DNA from: an uncultured Chloroflexia bacterium
GTDB taxonomy: Bacteria; Chloroflexota; Limnocylindria; QHBO01
DNA: 64,000 nucleotides
Direction of reading: 5' to 3'
NCBI GenBank assembly: GCA_963814375.1
Contig: CAWFCQ010000008.1
Location: 233,297 to 297,296 of the forward strand
In this document: piece by piece, positions 21,473-40,524 of the stretch
How the letters are laid out: each line of letters starts with the position of its first letter
How positions within the stretch are numbered: the stretch's first letter is position 1
The notes under the pieces: generated by a model
What the model saw: the letters and a program-made list of their open reading frames with translations, nothing else
Told to the model about the DNA's origin: nothing
Database searches by the model: none
Made by a program: the position numbers and the translations under genes

Positions 21473-22534
21473 ATGACCGCGACCTTGGATCTCAACGTCG
21501 TCCTGCCGTTCCTGAGCTCGGCGCTCTCGTTCGTGTTCGCGGCCATGGTCGCCGACCAGTGGATCCAACGCCGCCAGCCGTATCAGCTGGTGTGGGCGGT
21601 CGGCCTCCTCTGGTACGGGATCAGCGCCGGCACCGAGTTCCTCGGCAGCGCCTACGGCTGGAACGAGTCGCTGTACCGCGCGTGGTACCTGTTCGGCGCC
21701 TTCGGCGTGGCCTCCTACCTCGGCCTCGGCACGGTCTACCTGCTCAACCGCACGCGCTTCGGTTACTTCGTCGCCGTCTCGTTCGCCCTAGCCGCGCTCT
21801 TCAGCTTCCTGACCTCGGTCAAGTACGCGCGTGAAGGGACGCCGGCGTCGGATGCGACGATCGTCGCCGTGGTCGCCGTCTCGCTGCTCTCGGCGGTCGC
21901 CCTCGCCGTGGTGACCCGCTTCGCGCGCCGATGGGTGGGCCACACCACGGCCGGGATCCTCGTGGCCGCATCGGTCTTCGTTGCGTGGGCCACGCTGACC
22001 GTCCCGTTGGCGCCACCCGGATACGCCATCGATGGGATCGGCATCCCCGTCGGCTCAGCCATGCCGGCCGACCTGCGGATCCTGACGCCACCCTTCAACA
22101 TCGTCGGCGCCTTCGCCCTCGTCTTCGGCGCCGTCTACTCCGCCTACATCTTCATGCCGAAGGCGCGGGTCATGCGGGTGACCACCGACGTCCCGGTGAT
22201 CGGCGCCCTCGGCCGTGCGGTCGCCGTGGTCGTGAACTTCGTGGCCTCCATCCCCGGCGCCTGGCGCGCCTTCCGCGCCGGCACCCTCAACTCGCGGGTG
22301 CCGGCGACGCTGCTCATCGCGCTCGGCGGCTTCATTCCCGGATGGACGAGCGGCCTGAGCCGGTTCGGGGTGACCTGGTCGTTCTTCATCGGCGAGCTGA
22401 TCGGGGTGGTGCTGATCTTCCTGGGGTTCCTCGTCAGCATCGAGGTCTTCAGCGACGTGCGGCTGCCGTTCACCCACATCGTGCTGCGCCGGCGTGACCG
22501 GGGCGCCTCGAGCGCTGCGACCGAGGGCGGCTGA
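21473..22534 (+). CDS. Hypothetical polytopic membrane protein (about 10 predicted TM helices)
   Basis: ORF track 21455..22534. Hydrophobic segments recur throughout (e.g. VVLPFLSSALSFVFAAMVA, WSFFIGELIGVVLIFLGFLV). No family recognised. Start is ATG 21473 or GTG 21455. Confidence 0.7.
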   Translation: MTATLDLNVVLPFLSSALSFVFAAMVADQWIQRRQPYQLVWAVGLLWYGISAGTEFLGSAYGWNESLYRAWYLFGAFGVASYLGLGTVYLLNRTRFGYFVAVSFALAALFSFLTSVKYAREGTPASDATIVAVVAVSLLSAVALAVVTRFARRWVGHTTAGILVAASVFVAWATLTVPLAPPGYAIDGIGIPVGSAMPADLRILTPPFNIVGAFALVFGAVYSAYIFMPKARVMRVTTDVPVIGALGRAVAVVVNFVASIPGAWRAFRAGTLNSRVPATLLIALGGFIPGWTSGLSRFGVTWSFFIGELIGVVLIFLGFLVSIEVFSDVRLPFTHIVLRRRDRGASSAATEGG

Positions 22535-22554
22535 CGGACCGACCGCGCCAAGCG

Positions 22555-22710
22555 CGCCGATAAATCGGACAGAATTTCACGCGGAGGACCGCTCTCGCGG
22601 CGCTTCGACCGATACATCGGACACGGGTTCACCGGAGCCGAGGCTCGTGTGAAGAAGTGACTCATCTATCGGTCAACGGGCTCACCCATCCGTCCGCGCC
22701 AAAGACACTC
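22555..22710 (+). repeat. Array A: three tandem 52-bp units, each opening with the palindrome CCGAT-NN-ATCGG (third unit degenerate)
   Basis: Unit starts at 22555, 22607 and 22659: cgCCGATAAATCGGACagaatttcacgcgg..., gaCCGATACATCGGACacgggttcaccgg..., gactcATCTATCGGtCaacgggctcaccc... Same family as array B at 26469-26624. Confidence 0.75.
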
Positions 22711-22716
22711 GGCTCG

Positions 22717-22746
22717 TTGACTGCGACCGAGCGAGTCGGGTAAGAT
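22717..22746 (+). promoter_or_regulatory. sigma70-like promoter candidate for rpmG-tRNA-Trp-secE-nusG (TTGACT-18 nt-TAAGAT)
   Basis: Hexamers at 22717-22722 and 22741-22746, about 100 nt upstream of rpmG. Confidence 0.45.
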
Positions 22747-22844
22747 CACACGACCTCCCCCGGTCGCCAGGCTTATTTCAGTGTGGCCGCGGATCAGTTG
22801 GATTCGGCCGACGGGCGCGGGGGACGAAGTAGGAAACGAACCAC

Positions 22845-23009
22845 GTGGCAAAGGCCGAGAATCGAGCTGTGATCTCGCTGGCGTGCACCGTGTGCAAGGA
22901 GCGCACGTACAGCACCCGGAAGAACAAGCGAAACGACCCGGGGCGCATGGAGCTGAACAAGTTCTGCCCGCGCTGCCGGCAGCACCAGCTGCACCGGGAA
23001 ACCAAGTAG
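22845..23009 (+). CDS. rpmG: 50S ribosomal protein L33 (zinc-binding CxxC...CxxC form)
   Basis: GTG start. [54 protein letters not shown], 54 aa. Below the ORF-track length cutoff; read by hand. Confidence 0.9.
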   Translation: MAKAENRAVISLACTVCKERTYSTRKNKRNDPGRMELNKFCPRCRQHQLHRETK

Positions 23010-23025
23010 CCGTCGCGTTCCGTGT

Positions 23026-23101
23026 AGGGGTGTAGCTCAATTGGTAGAGCACTGGTCTCCAAAACCAGCGGTTGCAGGTTCGAGTCCTGTCGCCCCTGCC
23101 A
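23026..23101 (+). tRNA. tRNA-Trp (anticodon CCA), CCA end encoded
   Basis: Acceptor AGGGGTG/CGCCCCT. Anticodon stem CTGGT/ACCAG with loop CTCCAAA. T-loop TTCGAGT. Confidence 0.93.
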
Positions 23102-23155
23102 CCTCACGGACGCATCGGCTCGCCATCACGCAGCCATAGGAAGAACCAAGCCATC

Positions 23156-23341
23156 GTGTTGACCGGCGTTCGCCGATACCTGGTCGAGAGCTGGGCCGAG
23201 CTCAAGAAGGTCGCCTGGCCGACTCGCGAGACCGTGATCCGCCTGACCCTCTTGGTCGTGGCCGTCTCGATCGCCGTGGGCCTCTACATCTTCGTGCTGG
23301 ACACCATCTTCAACAACGTGCTCGAGGCACTGCTCCCATGA
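23156..23341 (+). CDS. secE: Preprotein translocase subunit SecE
   Basis: [49 protein letters not shown], the typical single-TM SecE. Start trimmed to GTG 23156, downstream of tRNA-Trp. Confidence 0.88.
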   Translation: MLTGVRRYLVESWAELKKVAWPTRETVIRLTLLVVAVSIAVGLYIFVLDTIFNNVLEALLP

Positions 23342-23958
23342 CCGACGACATCCAGCAGGAGACCCTGAACGAGGCGCGCGAAGCCGCGCGGCTCTCCCGT
23401 GAGGCACCGCGGCCGGGCGAGATGCCGGCCGGCGACGCGAAGCAGTGGTACGTGATCCACACCTACTCGGGCTACGAGAACAAGGTGAAGGCAAATCTCG
23501 AGCACCGCATCGAGTCGATGGGCGTGGAGGACCAGATCTTCCAGGTCCTCGTCCCGATGGAGGAGGAGATCGAGATCCGCAACGGCCAGCGCCAGACGGT
23601 GAACCGCAAGGTGTTCCCGGGCTACGTGCTGGTCGAGATGGCGATGAGCGACGAGTCGTGGTACGTCGTGCGCAACACGCCGGGCGTGACCAGCTTCGTC
23701 GGCTCGGGCAACCGCCCGCTGCCGCTGGACGAGACCGAGGTCAAGAAGATCCTCAAGCAGATGGGGGTCGAGACGCCGAAGTTCAAGGTCCAGTACTCCA
23801 AGGGCCAGAGCGTCCGGGTCAAGGACGGGCCGTTCGCCGAGTTCATCGGCACCGTGGACGAAGTCAACCCGGAGAAGAACAAGGTCAAGGTGCTCGTCAG
23901 CATCTTCGGCCGCGAGACACCCGTCGAGCTCGACTTCCTTCAGATCGAGAAGCTCTAG
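23338..23958 (+). CDS. nusG: Transcription termination/antitermination factor NusG
   Basis: [19 protein letters not shown] (NGN domain) and a KOW motif [25 protein letters not shown] overlap with secE. Confidence 0.96.
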   Translation: MTDDIQQETLNEAREAARLSREAPRPGEMPAGDAKQWYVIHTYSGYENKVKANLEHRIESMGVEDQIFQVLVPMEEEIEIRNGQRQTVNRKVFPGYVLVEMAMSDESWYVVRNTPGVTSFVGSGNRPLPLDETEVKKILKQMGVETPKFKVQYSKGQSVRVKDGPFAEFIGTVDEVNPEKNKVKVLVSIFGRETPVELDFLQIEKL

Positions 23959-24057
23959 CAACCGAGACCGATACGGCGCCGATCGGGTCGACCGGGGCGC
24001 CGCCAGCAACGAGAGGGAGGGGCGCATCGGCCCCGTCCGGACCTCGAGAGGAGACAC

Positions 24058-24486
24058 ATGGCGAAGAAGATCAGGGCGATGCTGAAGGTGCAGGCGCCCG
24101 CCGGCGCCGCCACCGCCGCCCCGCCCGTCGGGCCGGCGCTCGGCCAGCACGGCATCAACATCATGGAGTTCATCAAGGCCTTCAACGAGCGCACCGCCGA
24201 TCTGCGCGGCTACGTCGTCCCGGCCGAGATCACCGTCTACGAGGACCGCTCGTTCACGTTCGTGACAAAGGCTCCGCTTGCCGCTGCGCTGCTCAAGCGC
24301 GCCGCCGGCGTCGAGTCGGGCAGCTCGCAGCCGAACCGCGACAAGGTCGGCCAGGTCACGCGCGCGCAGCTGCGCGAGATCGCGACCGTCAAGATGGCGG
24401 ACCTCAACGCCAACACCGTCGAGCAGGCAATGAAGATCATCGAGGGCACCGCGCGCTCGATGGGCATCGAGGTCGCCCAGTCATGA
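24058..24486 (+). CDS. rplK: 50S ribosomal protein L11
   Basis: [43 protein letters not shown]. Confidence 0.97.
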   Translation: MAKKIRAMLKVQAPAGAATAAPPVGPALGQHGINIMEFIKAFNERTADLRGYVVPAEITVYEDRSFTFVTKAPLAAALLKRAAGVESGSSQPNRDKVGQVTRAQLREIATVKMADLNANTVEQAMKIIEGTARSMGIEVAQS

Positions 24487-25187
24487 CGCACGGACGCAAG
24501 TACACCGAGGCGGCCAAGCTCGTCGAGCCCGACCGCCGCTACGAGATCGCCGAGGCAGCCGAGCTGCTGCCGAAGCTGTCGATCAGCAAGTTCGACGGTA
24601 CCGTCGAGGCGCATCTGCGCCTGGGCGTCGATCCGCGCCACGCCGACCAGCTGGTGCGCGGGACGGTCGTTCTCCCGCATGGCACCGGCAAGGCATCCCG
24701 CGTCATCGTCTTCGCCCAGGGCGAGAAGGCCCAGGAAGCGCTCCGCGCGGGTGCGGACGAGGTCGGCGGTGACGATCTCGTCAAGAGGATCGACGCCGGC
24801 TGGTTCGATTTCGACGTCGCCATCGCGACGCCCGACATGATGGGCACGGTCGGCCGTCTCGGGAAGAAGCTCGGCCCGCGCGGCCTGATGCCGAACCCGA
24901 AGTCCGGCACCGTGACCTTCGACATCGAGCGCGCCGTCGGCGAGATCAAGTCGGGCCGAATCGAGTTCAAGGTCGACCGGGCGGGGATCGTCCACGCACC
25001 CGTCGGCCGTGCCTCGTTCACGCCCGAGCAGCTGGCCGCAAACGTCGCCACGCTGGTGGACGCCATCAACCGGGCCAAGCCATCGGGCGCCAAGGGCACA
25101 TACATGCGCACGCTGACCCTGGCCCCGACCATGGGCCCGGGCGTGCGCGTCGACATCCCGTCGGCGCTCGCTGCGGCCAACGCCTAG
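24483..25187 (+). CDS. rplA: 50S ribosomal protein L1
   Basis: [29 protein letters not shown]...[11 protein letters not shown]. This is the C-terminal 234 aa of track ORF 23445..25187. ATGA overlap with rplK. Confidence 0.96.
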   Translation: MTHGRKYTEAAKLVEPDRRYEIAEAAELLPKLSISKFDGTVEAHLRLGVDPRHADQLVRGTVVLPHGTGKASRVIVFAQGEKAQEALRAGADEVGGDDLVKRIDAGWFDFDVAIATPDMMGTVGRLGKKLGPRGLMPNPKSGTVTFDIERAVGEIKSGRIEFKVDRAGIVHAPVGRASFTPEQLAANVATLVDAINRAKPSGAKGTYMRTLTLAPTMGPGVRVDIPSALAAANA

Positions 25188-25436
25188 GGCCGTCGCAGGA
25201 CGGATGTCGAGCGCATCGGCTAGGATGCGAACTCGACAACCGAAGAAGCCGAAGACCGCGATGTGCCCGGGTGAGACCCCCGGCCAATCGTCGGCGCTGT
25301 AACCATCCAGACGCCGCGGCACGCGCAGGCACGAATGAACGACTCGCCTCACGGCGGTTCTCGTGTCGCGCACGCAGGACCGCCGTTTTGATTTGCCCGT
25401 AATCAGCTGCCTCAGGGAGGACGAGAAGAAGAACCG
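25188..25436 (+). promoter_or_regulatory. rplJ (L10) leader region with a terminator-like attenuator hairpin
   Basis: Untranslated 250 nt before rplJ. acggcggt (25351-25358) pairs with accgccgt (25379-25386), followed by tttgatttg. Location matches known L10-leader autoregulatory RNAs. Confidence 0.5.
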
Positions 25437-25973
25437 ATGCCGACCGATGTCAAGCGCCAGGCCGTCGCCGAGCTTGCGGAGAAGCTCCGCAGCAGCTCCG
25501 CCATGGCCGTGGCCGACTACCGGGGCCTCACGGTCTCGGAGATGCAGTCGGTCCGGAGGACGCTCCGCGAGAGCGGCGTCCAGCTCACCATCGCCAAGAA
25601 CCGCCTGCTGAAGATCGCCGCCGACGAGGCGGAGCGCGCCGAGCTCAAGCCGATGCTCACGGGGCCGACCGCCCTGGCCACGATCGACGGTGACGAGGCG
25701 GCCATGGCGAAGGCGCTGGCCGATGCCTTCCGACCGTACTCCCGCACCGTCACCGTCCGCGGTGGCATGCTCGGCAGCCAGGCGATCGACGCATCGCAGC
25801 TGACCCGGCTGGCGACGCTCCCGTCGCGCGAGGTCCTGCTCGGCAAGATCGCCGGCGGGATGGCCGCACCGCTGACCGGCATGGCCGGCGTGCTTGCCGC
25901 GAACCTGCGCAACCTCGTGGGCGTTCTCAGCGCCGTTGCCGACAAGAAGCAGCAGACCCAAGACGCGGCCTGA
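25437..25973 (+). CDS. rplJ: 50S ribosomal protein L10
   Basis: [55 protein letters not shown]. Confidence 0.96.
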   Translation: MPTDVKRQAVAELAEKLRSSSAMAVADYRGLTVSEMQSVRRTLRESGVQLTIAKNRLLKIAADEAERAELKPMLTGPTALATIDGDEAAMAKALADAFRPYSRTVTVRGGMLGSQAIDASQLTRLATLPSREVLLGKIAGGMAAPLTGMAGVLAANLRNLVGVLSAVADKKQQTQDAA

Positions 25974-26007
25974 CGGTCGCCAAGCAACCACAGGAGAACC
26001 GATACCG

Positions 26008-26406
26008 ATGGCGACCAAGACCCTGGACAAGGACCAGATCCTCGAGGCGATCGACACGATGACCGTCCTCGAGCTGAGCGAGCTGGTGAAGGCCTTCGAG
26101 GAGCGCTACGGCGTGACCGCGGCCGCCCCGGTTGCTGCCGCTGCCGCCCCCGCCGCGGGTGGCGACGGTGCAGCCGCCGCGGCAACCGAGGAGCAGACCG
26201 AGTTCGAGGCGCTCCTGACCGATGTCGGCGCCAACAAGATCCTCGTCATCAAGGCCGTCCGCGAGCTGACCGGCCTGGGCCTCAAGGAGGCCAAGGACCT
26301 CGTCGACGCCGCCCCCAAGGCGGTGAAGGAGGGCGTCACCAAGGAGGAGGCCGAGGCGGCCAAGGAGAAGCTGGCAGAGGCCGGCGCGACCGTCGAGGTC
26401 AAGTAG
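26008..26406 (+). CDS. rplL: 50S ribosomal protein L7/L12
   Basis: [36 protein letters not shown]...[24 protein letters not shown]. Start ATG 26008 after GGAG. Confidence 0.96.
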   Translation: MATKTLDKDQILEAIDTMTVLELSELVKAFEERYGVTAAAPVAAAAAPAAGGDGAAAAATEEQTEFEALLTDVGANKILVIKAVRELTGLGLKEAKDLVDAAPKAVKEGVTKEEAEAAKEKLAEAGATVEVK

Positions 26407-26425
26407 CTCCCACTTCCGCGAACCG

Positions 26426-26458
26426 GGCCGGCCCACTGGGGCCGGCCTCTTCGTTTCC
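26426..26458 (+). terminator. Intrinsic terminator/attenuator between rplL and rpoB
   Basis: ggccggccc (26426-26434), loop actg, gggccggcc (26439-26447), then tcttcgtttcc. Confidence 0.6.
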
Positions 26459-26468
26459 GCCTGTGCGG

Positions 26469-26624
26469 GACCGATAGATCGGACGAAATCGCACGCGAAG
26501 CCCTGATCCGGTGACATCGCGACCGATAGATCGGACCAAATCGCACATGAGCTCGTGGTCCGGTGAAATCCTGACCGAAGGATCGGACAGGTCATTTCGC
26601 TATTCGACGGACCTACGGGAGACC
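26469..26624 (+). repeat. Array B: three tandem 52-bp units, each opening with GACCGATAGATCGGAC (palindrome CCGAT-NN-ATCGG)
   Basis: Unit starts at 26469, 26521 and 26573: gaccgatagatcggacgaaatcgcacgcgaag..., gaccgatagatcggaccaaatcgcacatgagc..., gaccgaaggatcggacaggtcatttcgc... Confidence 0.8.
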
Positions 26625-26659
26625 GCGACCGTCCGGCGCGGATGCCCCGACCGCTTCAG

Positions 26660-26687
26660 TTGACGAAGCGGTCGAGCGTGATATAGT
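26660..26687 (+). promoter_or_regulatory. sigma70-like promoter candidate for rpoBC (TTGACG-16 nt-TATAGT with TG extension)
   Basis: TTGACG at 26660-26665 and tgaTATAGT at 26679-26687, 50 nt upstream of the rpoB ATG. Confidence 0.45.
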
Positions 26688-26736
26688 TTCCGTTCGCGTG
26701 TCCGCGCCTCACCCTGCCTTCCTCCAGGAGTACTGA

Positions 26737-30216
<3,480 letters not shown>

Positions 30217-30340
30217 TCGCGGCGCGGCGCCGGCGGGGCGTCGCGCAAGAAAGCCATCGGTCTATCTCAGCCCGGGCCTGGTCAGCCCGCGGTCAACCCG
30301 AGCCACGGGCGGCGCGCAGCCGCAGGAGTCGTAGCAGCTC

Positions 30341-34810
<4,470 letters not shown>

Positions 34811-34831
34811 AGCTCCCAGCGATCCGACGCG

Positions 34832-34861
34832 AAGGGCGGCCTCATGGCCGCCCTTCCTCTT
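34832..34861 (+). terminator. Intrinsic terminator-like hairpin after rpoC
   Basis: aagggcggcc (34832-34841), loop tcat, ggccgccctt (34846-34855), then cctctt. The U-tract is weak. Confidence 0.5.
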
Positions 34862-34890
34862 GGGCGCCTCACCGGCGGCCATCGGTCTCG

Positions 34891-35038
34891 AAGCGCCCAC
34901 ATTCACATGGAGTGGGCGTTGACCGGTGAGATTCGCCCTCGAGCGTCCGGATTCACATCGGGTGGGCGCCAACGGCCCGTTCGGGCCGTTCGAGCGATTC
35001 CAGGGCTGCTACGGCCCACGTGGTGTGAATCCGGACGC
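34891..35038 (+). repeat. Array C: two tandem ~50-bp units plus one inverted partial copy sharing the core GGATTCACA..GTGGGCG
   Basis: Units start at 34891 and 34941, with 22/28 identity over the first 28 nt. gcgtccggattcaca (34943-34957) recurs as a perfect reverse complement at 35024-35038. An internal 8-bp hairpin lies at 34971-34990. Confidence 0.7.
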
Positions 35039-35059
35039 CTCAACTGCAAGGGCCCTCGA

Positions 35060-35089
35060 TTGACACTGAGCACCGTGCTTCCGTATACT
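35060..35089 (+). promoter_or_regulatory. sigma70-like promoter candidate for the rpsL-rpsG-fusA-tuf operon (TTGACA-18 nt-TATACT)
   Basis: Hexamers at 35060-35065 and 35084-35089, about 170 nt upstream of rpsL. Confidence 0.5.
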
Positions 35090-35258
35090 TCGCAGCCGGT
35101 GTCCCGCCCGCGGGACGCCTTCGTGTGTGCCCCCGGCATGAGCCGAATGCTTGGCCGATTGGGCAGCCCATACCGGCCTCCCTGCCGGATCACCATGGGC
35201 GCCATCGGGGCCATCGATTCACTCAGTAGCAGCACGCGATACGAACGCGAGGTTCTCG

Positions 35259-35678
35259 TTGCCAACGATCAGCCAGCTGGTCCGCAAGGGTCGAAAGCCG
35301 GCCGTCAAGAAGGTGAAGGCTCCGGCGCTGCGCCGTACGCTGAACACCCTCAAGCAGACCACGTCTGAGGGACGCGGCGCGCCGCAGCGGCGGGGCGTCT
35401 GCCTGCAGGTCATGACGCGCACCCCGAAGAAGCCGAACTCGGCGCTTCGGAAGGTGGCGCGCGTCCGGCTGACCAACGGGATGGAGGTCACTGCCTATAT
35501 CCCGGGCGTCGGTCACAACCTCCAGGAGCACTCGATGGTCCTCGTCCGTGGCGGTCGCGTGAAGGACCTTCCGGCGGTGAAGTACCACATCATCCGTGGC
35601 ACCCTCGACGCCGCCGGCGTCCGCGATCGCCGGCAGAGCCGCAGCAAGTACGGCGCGAAGTCGCCGGGCAAGAGCTAG
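35259..35678 (+). CDS. rpsL: 30S ribosomal protein S12
   Basis: TTG start after GAGG. (M)[23 protein letters not shown]...[28 protein letters not shown]. Confidence 0.96.
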   Translation: MPTISQLVRKGRKPAVKKVKAPALRRTLNTLKQTTSEGRGAPQRRGVCLQVMTRTPKKPNSALRKVARVRLTNGMEVTAYIPGVGHNLQEHSMVLVRGGRVKDLPAVKYHIIRGTLDAAGVRDRRQSRSKYGAKSPGKS

Positions 35679-35682
35679 ACCG

Positions 35683-36156
35683 ATGCCACGACGTCCCACC
35701 ATCGCGCGCAAGACGAAGTACGCCGAGCAGCTGACCGGCACGGCGCTGACGCTCGACCAGTTCACGAACAAGCTGATGCACGGCGGCAAGCGCCACCTGG
35801 CGCATCGGATCCTCGAGGGTGCTCTCGCTCGCTGTGAGTCCCAGGCGGGCCGCGCCGGCGTCGAGGTGCTCGAGCAGGCGCTGCGCAACGCGATGCCGCT
35901 CATCGAGGTCAAGCCCAAGCGCGTCGGTGGCTCGACCTACCAGATCCCGGTCGAGGTCCGCGCCGACCGTCGGGTCAGCCTCGGCATGCGCTGGCTCATC
36001 GAGTCCGCTCGCAAGCGCAACGGCAAGAGCATGTCCGACAAGCTCGCGGCCGAGCTGATGGATGCCAGCAACGGCATCGGCGCGGCCGTGAAGCGACGCG
36101 AGGACACCCACCGCATGGCGGAGGCGAACCGCGCCTTCAGCCACTTCAAGTGGTAG
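35683..36156 (+). CDS. rpsG: 30S ribosomal protein S7
   Basis: [16 protein letters not shown]...[22 protein letters not shown]...[14 protein letters not shown]. Confidence 0.96.
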   Translation: MPRRPTIARKTKYAEQLTGTALTLDQFTNKLMHGGKRHLAHRILEGALARCESQAGRAGVEVLEQALRNAMPLIEVKPKRVGGSTYQIPVEVRADRRVSLGMRWLIESARKRNGKSMSDKLAAELMDASNGIGAAVKRREDTHRMAEANRAFSHFKW

Positions 36157-36160
36157 GCCG

Positions 36161-38273
<2,113 letters not shown>

Positions 38274-38306
38274 TAACGCAAACGTAGGAGCGACGAAGGA
38301 CCAATC

Positions 38307-39512
38307 ATGGCCAAGCAGAAGTTCGACCGCAGCAAGCCGCACGTGAACGTCGGGACCATCGGTCATGTCGACCACGGGAAGACGACGCTGACCGCGGCGA
38401 TCACCAAGTTCCTGTCACTCTCGGGCGGTGCGGACTTCCGCGCCTTCGACCAGATCGACAACGCCCCCGAGGAGCGGCAGCGCGGCATCACGATCGCCAT
38501 CAGCCACGTCGAGTACCAGACGGCGAACCGCCACTACGCGCACGTCGACTGCCCGGGTCACGCGGACTACATCAAGAACATGATCACCGGCGCCGCGCAG
38601 ATGGACGGCGCGATCCTGGTCGTGTCGGCCGCCGATGGCCCGATGCCGCAGACGCGCGAGCACATCCTCCTGGCCCGACAGGTCGAGGTGCCGAGCCTCG
38701 TCGTCTACCTCAACAAGGTCGACATGGTCGATGACGAGATGCTCGTCGACCTGGTCGAGATGGAGGTGCGCGAGCTCCTCACCAAGTACGAGTTCCCCGG
38801 CGAGGACATCCCGGTCATTCGCGGCTCGGCCCTCAAGGCCCTCGAGTCGACCAGCGATGACCCGGAGAACGCCGACTACGCCTCCATCAAGGAGCTGATG
38901 GACGCCGTCGACTCCTACATCCCGACCCCGGCCCGCGAGACCGAGAAGCCCTTCCTCATGCCGATCGAGGACGTCTTCGGCATCAAGGGTCGCGGCACGG
39001 TCGCCACCGGCCGCATCGAGCGCGGCGTCGTCAACACCGGCGACACCGTCGAGCTGGTCGGCATCCACCAGGACAAGGCTCGCCAGCTGGTGGTGACCGG
39101 CGTCGAGATGTTCAAGAAGACCCTCGACACCGGCGAGGCCGGTGACAACGTCGGCCTCCTCCTGCGCGGCATCGAGCGCGACGAGCTCGAGCGCGGCCAG
39201 GTGCTGGCCAAGCCCGGCACGGTCAAGCCGGGCACGAAGTTCAAGGCCGAGGTGCTCGTGCTCTCCAAGGAGGAGGGCGGCCGCCACACGCCGTTCTACG
39301 CCGGCTACCGGCCGCAGTTCTACCTGCGCACCACGGACGTGACCGGCGCGATCATCCTGCCCGCGGGCGTCGAGATGATCATGCCGGGCGACAACGTCAA
39401 CATCGACGTCGAGCTGATCACCCCGATCGCCATCGAGCAGGGCCAGCGCTTCGCGATTCGCGAGGGTGGCCACACCGTCGGCGCGGGCGTGATCACCGAG
39501 GTCGCCGGCTAG
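38307..39512 (+). CDS. tuf: Elongation factor Tu
   Basis: [33 protein letters not shown]...[26 protein letters not shown]. Confidence 0.98.
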   Translation: MAKQKFDRSKPHVNVGTIGHVDHGKTTLTAAITKFLSLSGGADFRAFDQIDNAPEERQRGITIAISHVEYQTANRHYAHVDCPGHADYIKNMITGAAQMDGAILVVSAADGPMPQTREHILLARQVEVPSLVVYLNKVDMVDDEMLVDLVEMEVRELLTKYEFPGEDIPVIRGSALKALESTSDDPENADYASIKELMDAVDSYIPTPARETEKPFLMPIEDVFGIKGRGTVATGRIERGVVNTGDTVELVGIHQDKARQLVVTGVEMFKKTLDTGEAGDNVGLLLRGIERDELERGQVLAKPGTVKPGTKFKAEVLVLSKEEGGRHTPFYAGYRPQFYLRTTDVTGAIILPAGVEMIMPGDNVNIDVELITPIAIEQGQRFAIREGGHTVGAGVITEVAG

Positions 39513-39518
39513 CCCGCC

Positions 39519-39827
39519 ATGGCAAAGCAGCGCATTCGCATCCGTCTCAAGGCGTACGACCACAAGCTGCTCGACCAGTCGGCCGAGCAGATCGTGGAGA
39601 CCGCGCAGCGGACCGGCGCCGACGTCGCCGGCCCGGTCCCGTTGCCGACCCGTATCGAGAAGTACACCGTCATTCGCGGCCCGTTCGTCCACAAGGACGG
39701 CCGGGAGCAGTTCGAGATCCGGACCCACAAGCGCCTCATCGACATCATCGACCCGTCCACCAAGACGGTCGATGCCCTGATGCGACTGTCGCTCGCGGCC
39801 GGCGTCGATATCGAGATCAAGATGTGA
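39519..39827 (+). CDS. rpsJ: 30S ribosomal protein S10
   Basis: [34 protein letters not shown]. Confidence 0.97.
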   Translation: MAKQRIRIRLKAYDHKLLDQSAEQIVETAQRTGADVAGPVPLPTRIEKYTVIRGPFVHKDGREQFEIRTHKRLIDIIDPSTKTVDALMRLSLAAGVDIEIKM

Positions 39828-39897
39828 ACTCCCGCGGATGGGCCGCATCGGTCCATCACGAGGGCGTTCCGCCATCAGTGAGAGGAACACCAGAGAA

Positions 39898-40521
39898 GTG
39901 CCGGCAGGATTGATCGGAAGGAAGCTGGGGATGACCCGCATCTTCGTGGACGACGGCAGCGTCGTCCCGGTGAGCGTCATCGAGGCGACCCCGAACACCA
40001 TCACGCGACTCCGCACCGTCGAGCAGGACGGCTATACGGCCGTGCAGCTCGGGAGCGGCAGCGCCCGCCGCGCGACGAAGCCGGTCGCCGGCCAGTTCAA
40101 GCACCTCCCCAAGGACCAGCAGAAGCCGAAGGCGGTGCGCGAGTTCCGCCTCGAGGCCACCGACGAGTACGAGGTCGGGCAGCAGCTCGGCGTCGACCTC
40201 TTCGAGGCCGGTGAGCTGGTGGACGTCACCGGCGTGAGCAAGGGCCAGGGGTTCACCGGCGTCATCGCCCGCCACAACTTCCGCCGCGGGCCGAAGACGC
40301 ACGGGTCGGACCATCATCGCGCGCCGGGCTCCATCGGCGCCGGCACCTACCCCGGTCGAGTCTGGAAGGGCACGCCGATGGCAGGGCACATGGGTGACGA
40401 GCGGGTCACGGTCAAGAAGCTCAAGGTCGTGAGGGTCGATCCGGAGCGCAACCTCATCCTGGTGAAGGGTGCGGTGCCCGGGGCGCGCAACGGCCTGCTG
40501 CTCGTGCAGAAGGCGAAGTAG
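39898..40521 (+). CDS. rplC: 50S ribosomal protein L3
   Basis: GTG 39898. (M)PAGLIGRKLGMTRIFVDDGSVVPVSVIEA...GKGFTGVIARHNF. Confidence 0.95.
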   Translation: MPAGLIGRKLGMTRIFVDDGSVVPVSVIEATPNTITRLRTVEQDGYTAVQLGSGSARRATKPVAGQFKHLPKDQQKPKAVREFRLEATDEYEVGQQLGVDLFEAGELVDVTGVSKGQGFTGVIARHNFRRGPKTHGSDHHRAPGSIGAGTYPGRVWKGTPMAGHMGDERVTVKKLKVVRVDPERNLILVKGAVPGARNGLLLVQKAK

Positions 40522-40524
40522 ACG

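Noticed and set aside
20946-22534. tRNA cluster plus an unknown membrane protein as a genomic-island integration site.
   Set aside because: There is no integrase or recombinase ORF and no obvious duplicated tRNA 3' end. By eye the membrane gene matches its neighbours in GC and codon style.
23445-24482. The 5' two-thirds of the 580-aa track ORF 23445..25187.
   Set aside because: It overlaps nusG and rplK out of frame and is Arg/Gly/Pro-rich. Only the last 234 codons (from ATG 24483) are L1.
22555-26624. Whether the 52-bp repeat arrays are CRISPR arrays.
   Set aside because: The units are directly contiguous with no unique spacers, there are only three per locus, they degenerate along the array, and no cas genes are nearby.
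34901-34957. ATTCACA / TTTCAC cores as DnaA boxes or parS half-sites.
   Set aside because: Best matches are only about 6/9 to TTATCCACA, and only one half of the TGTTTCAC-GTGAAACA palindrome is present. The location between rpoC and rpsL is not an origin context.
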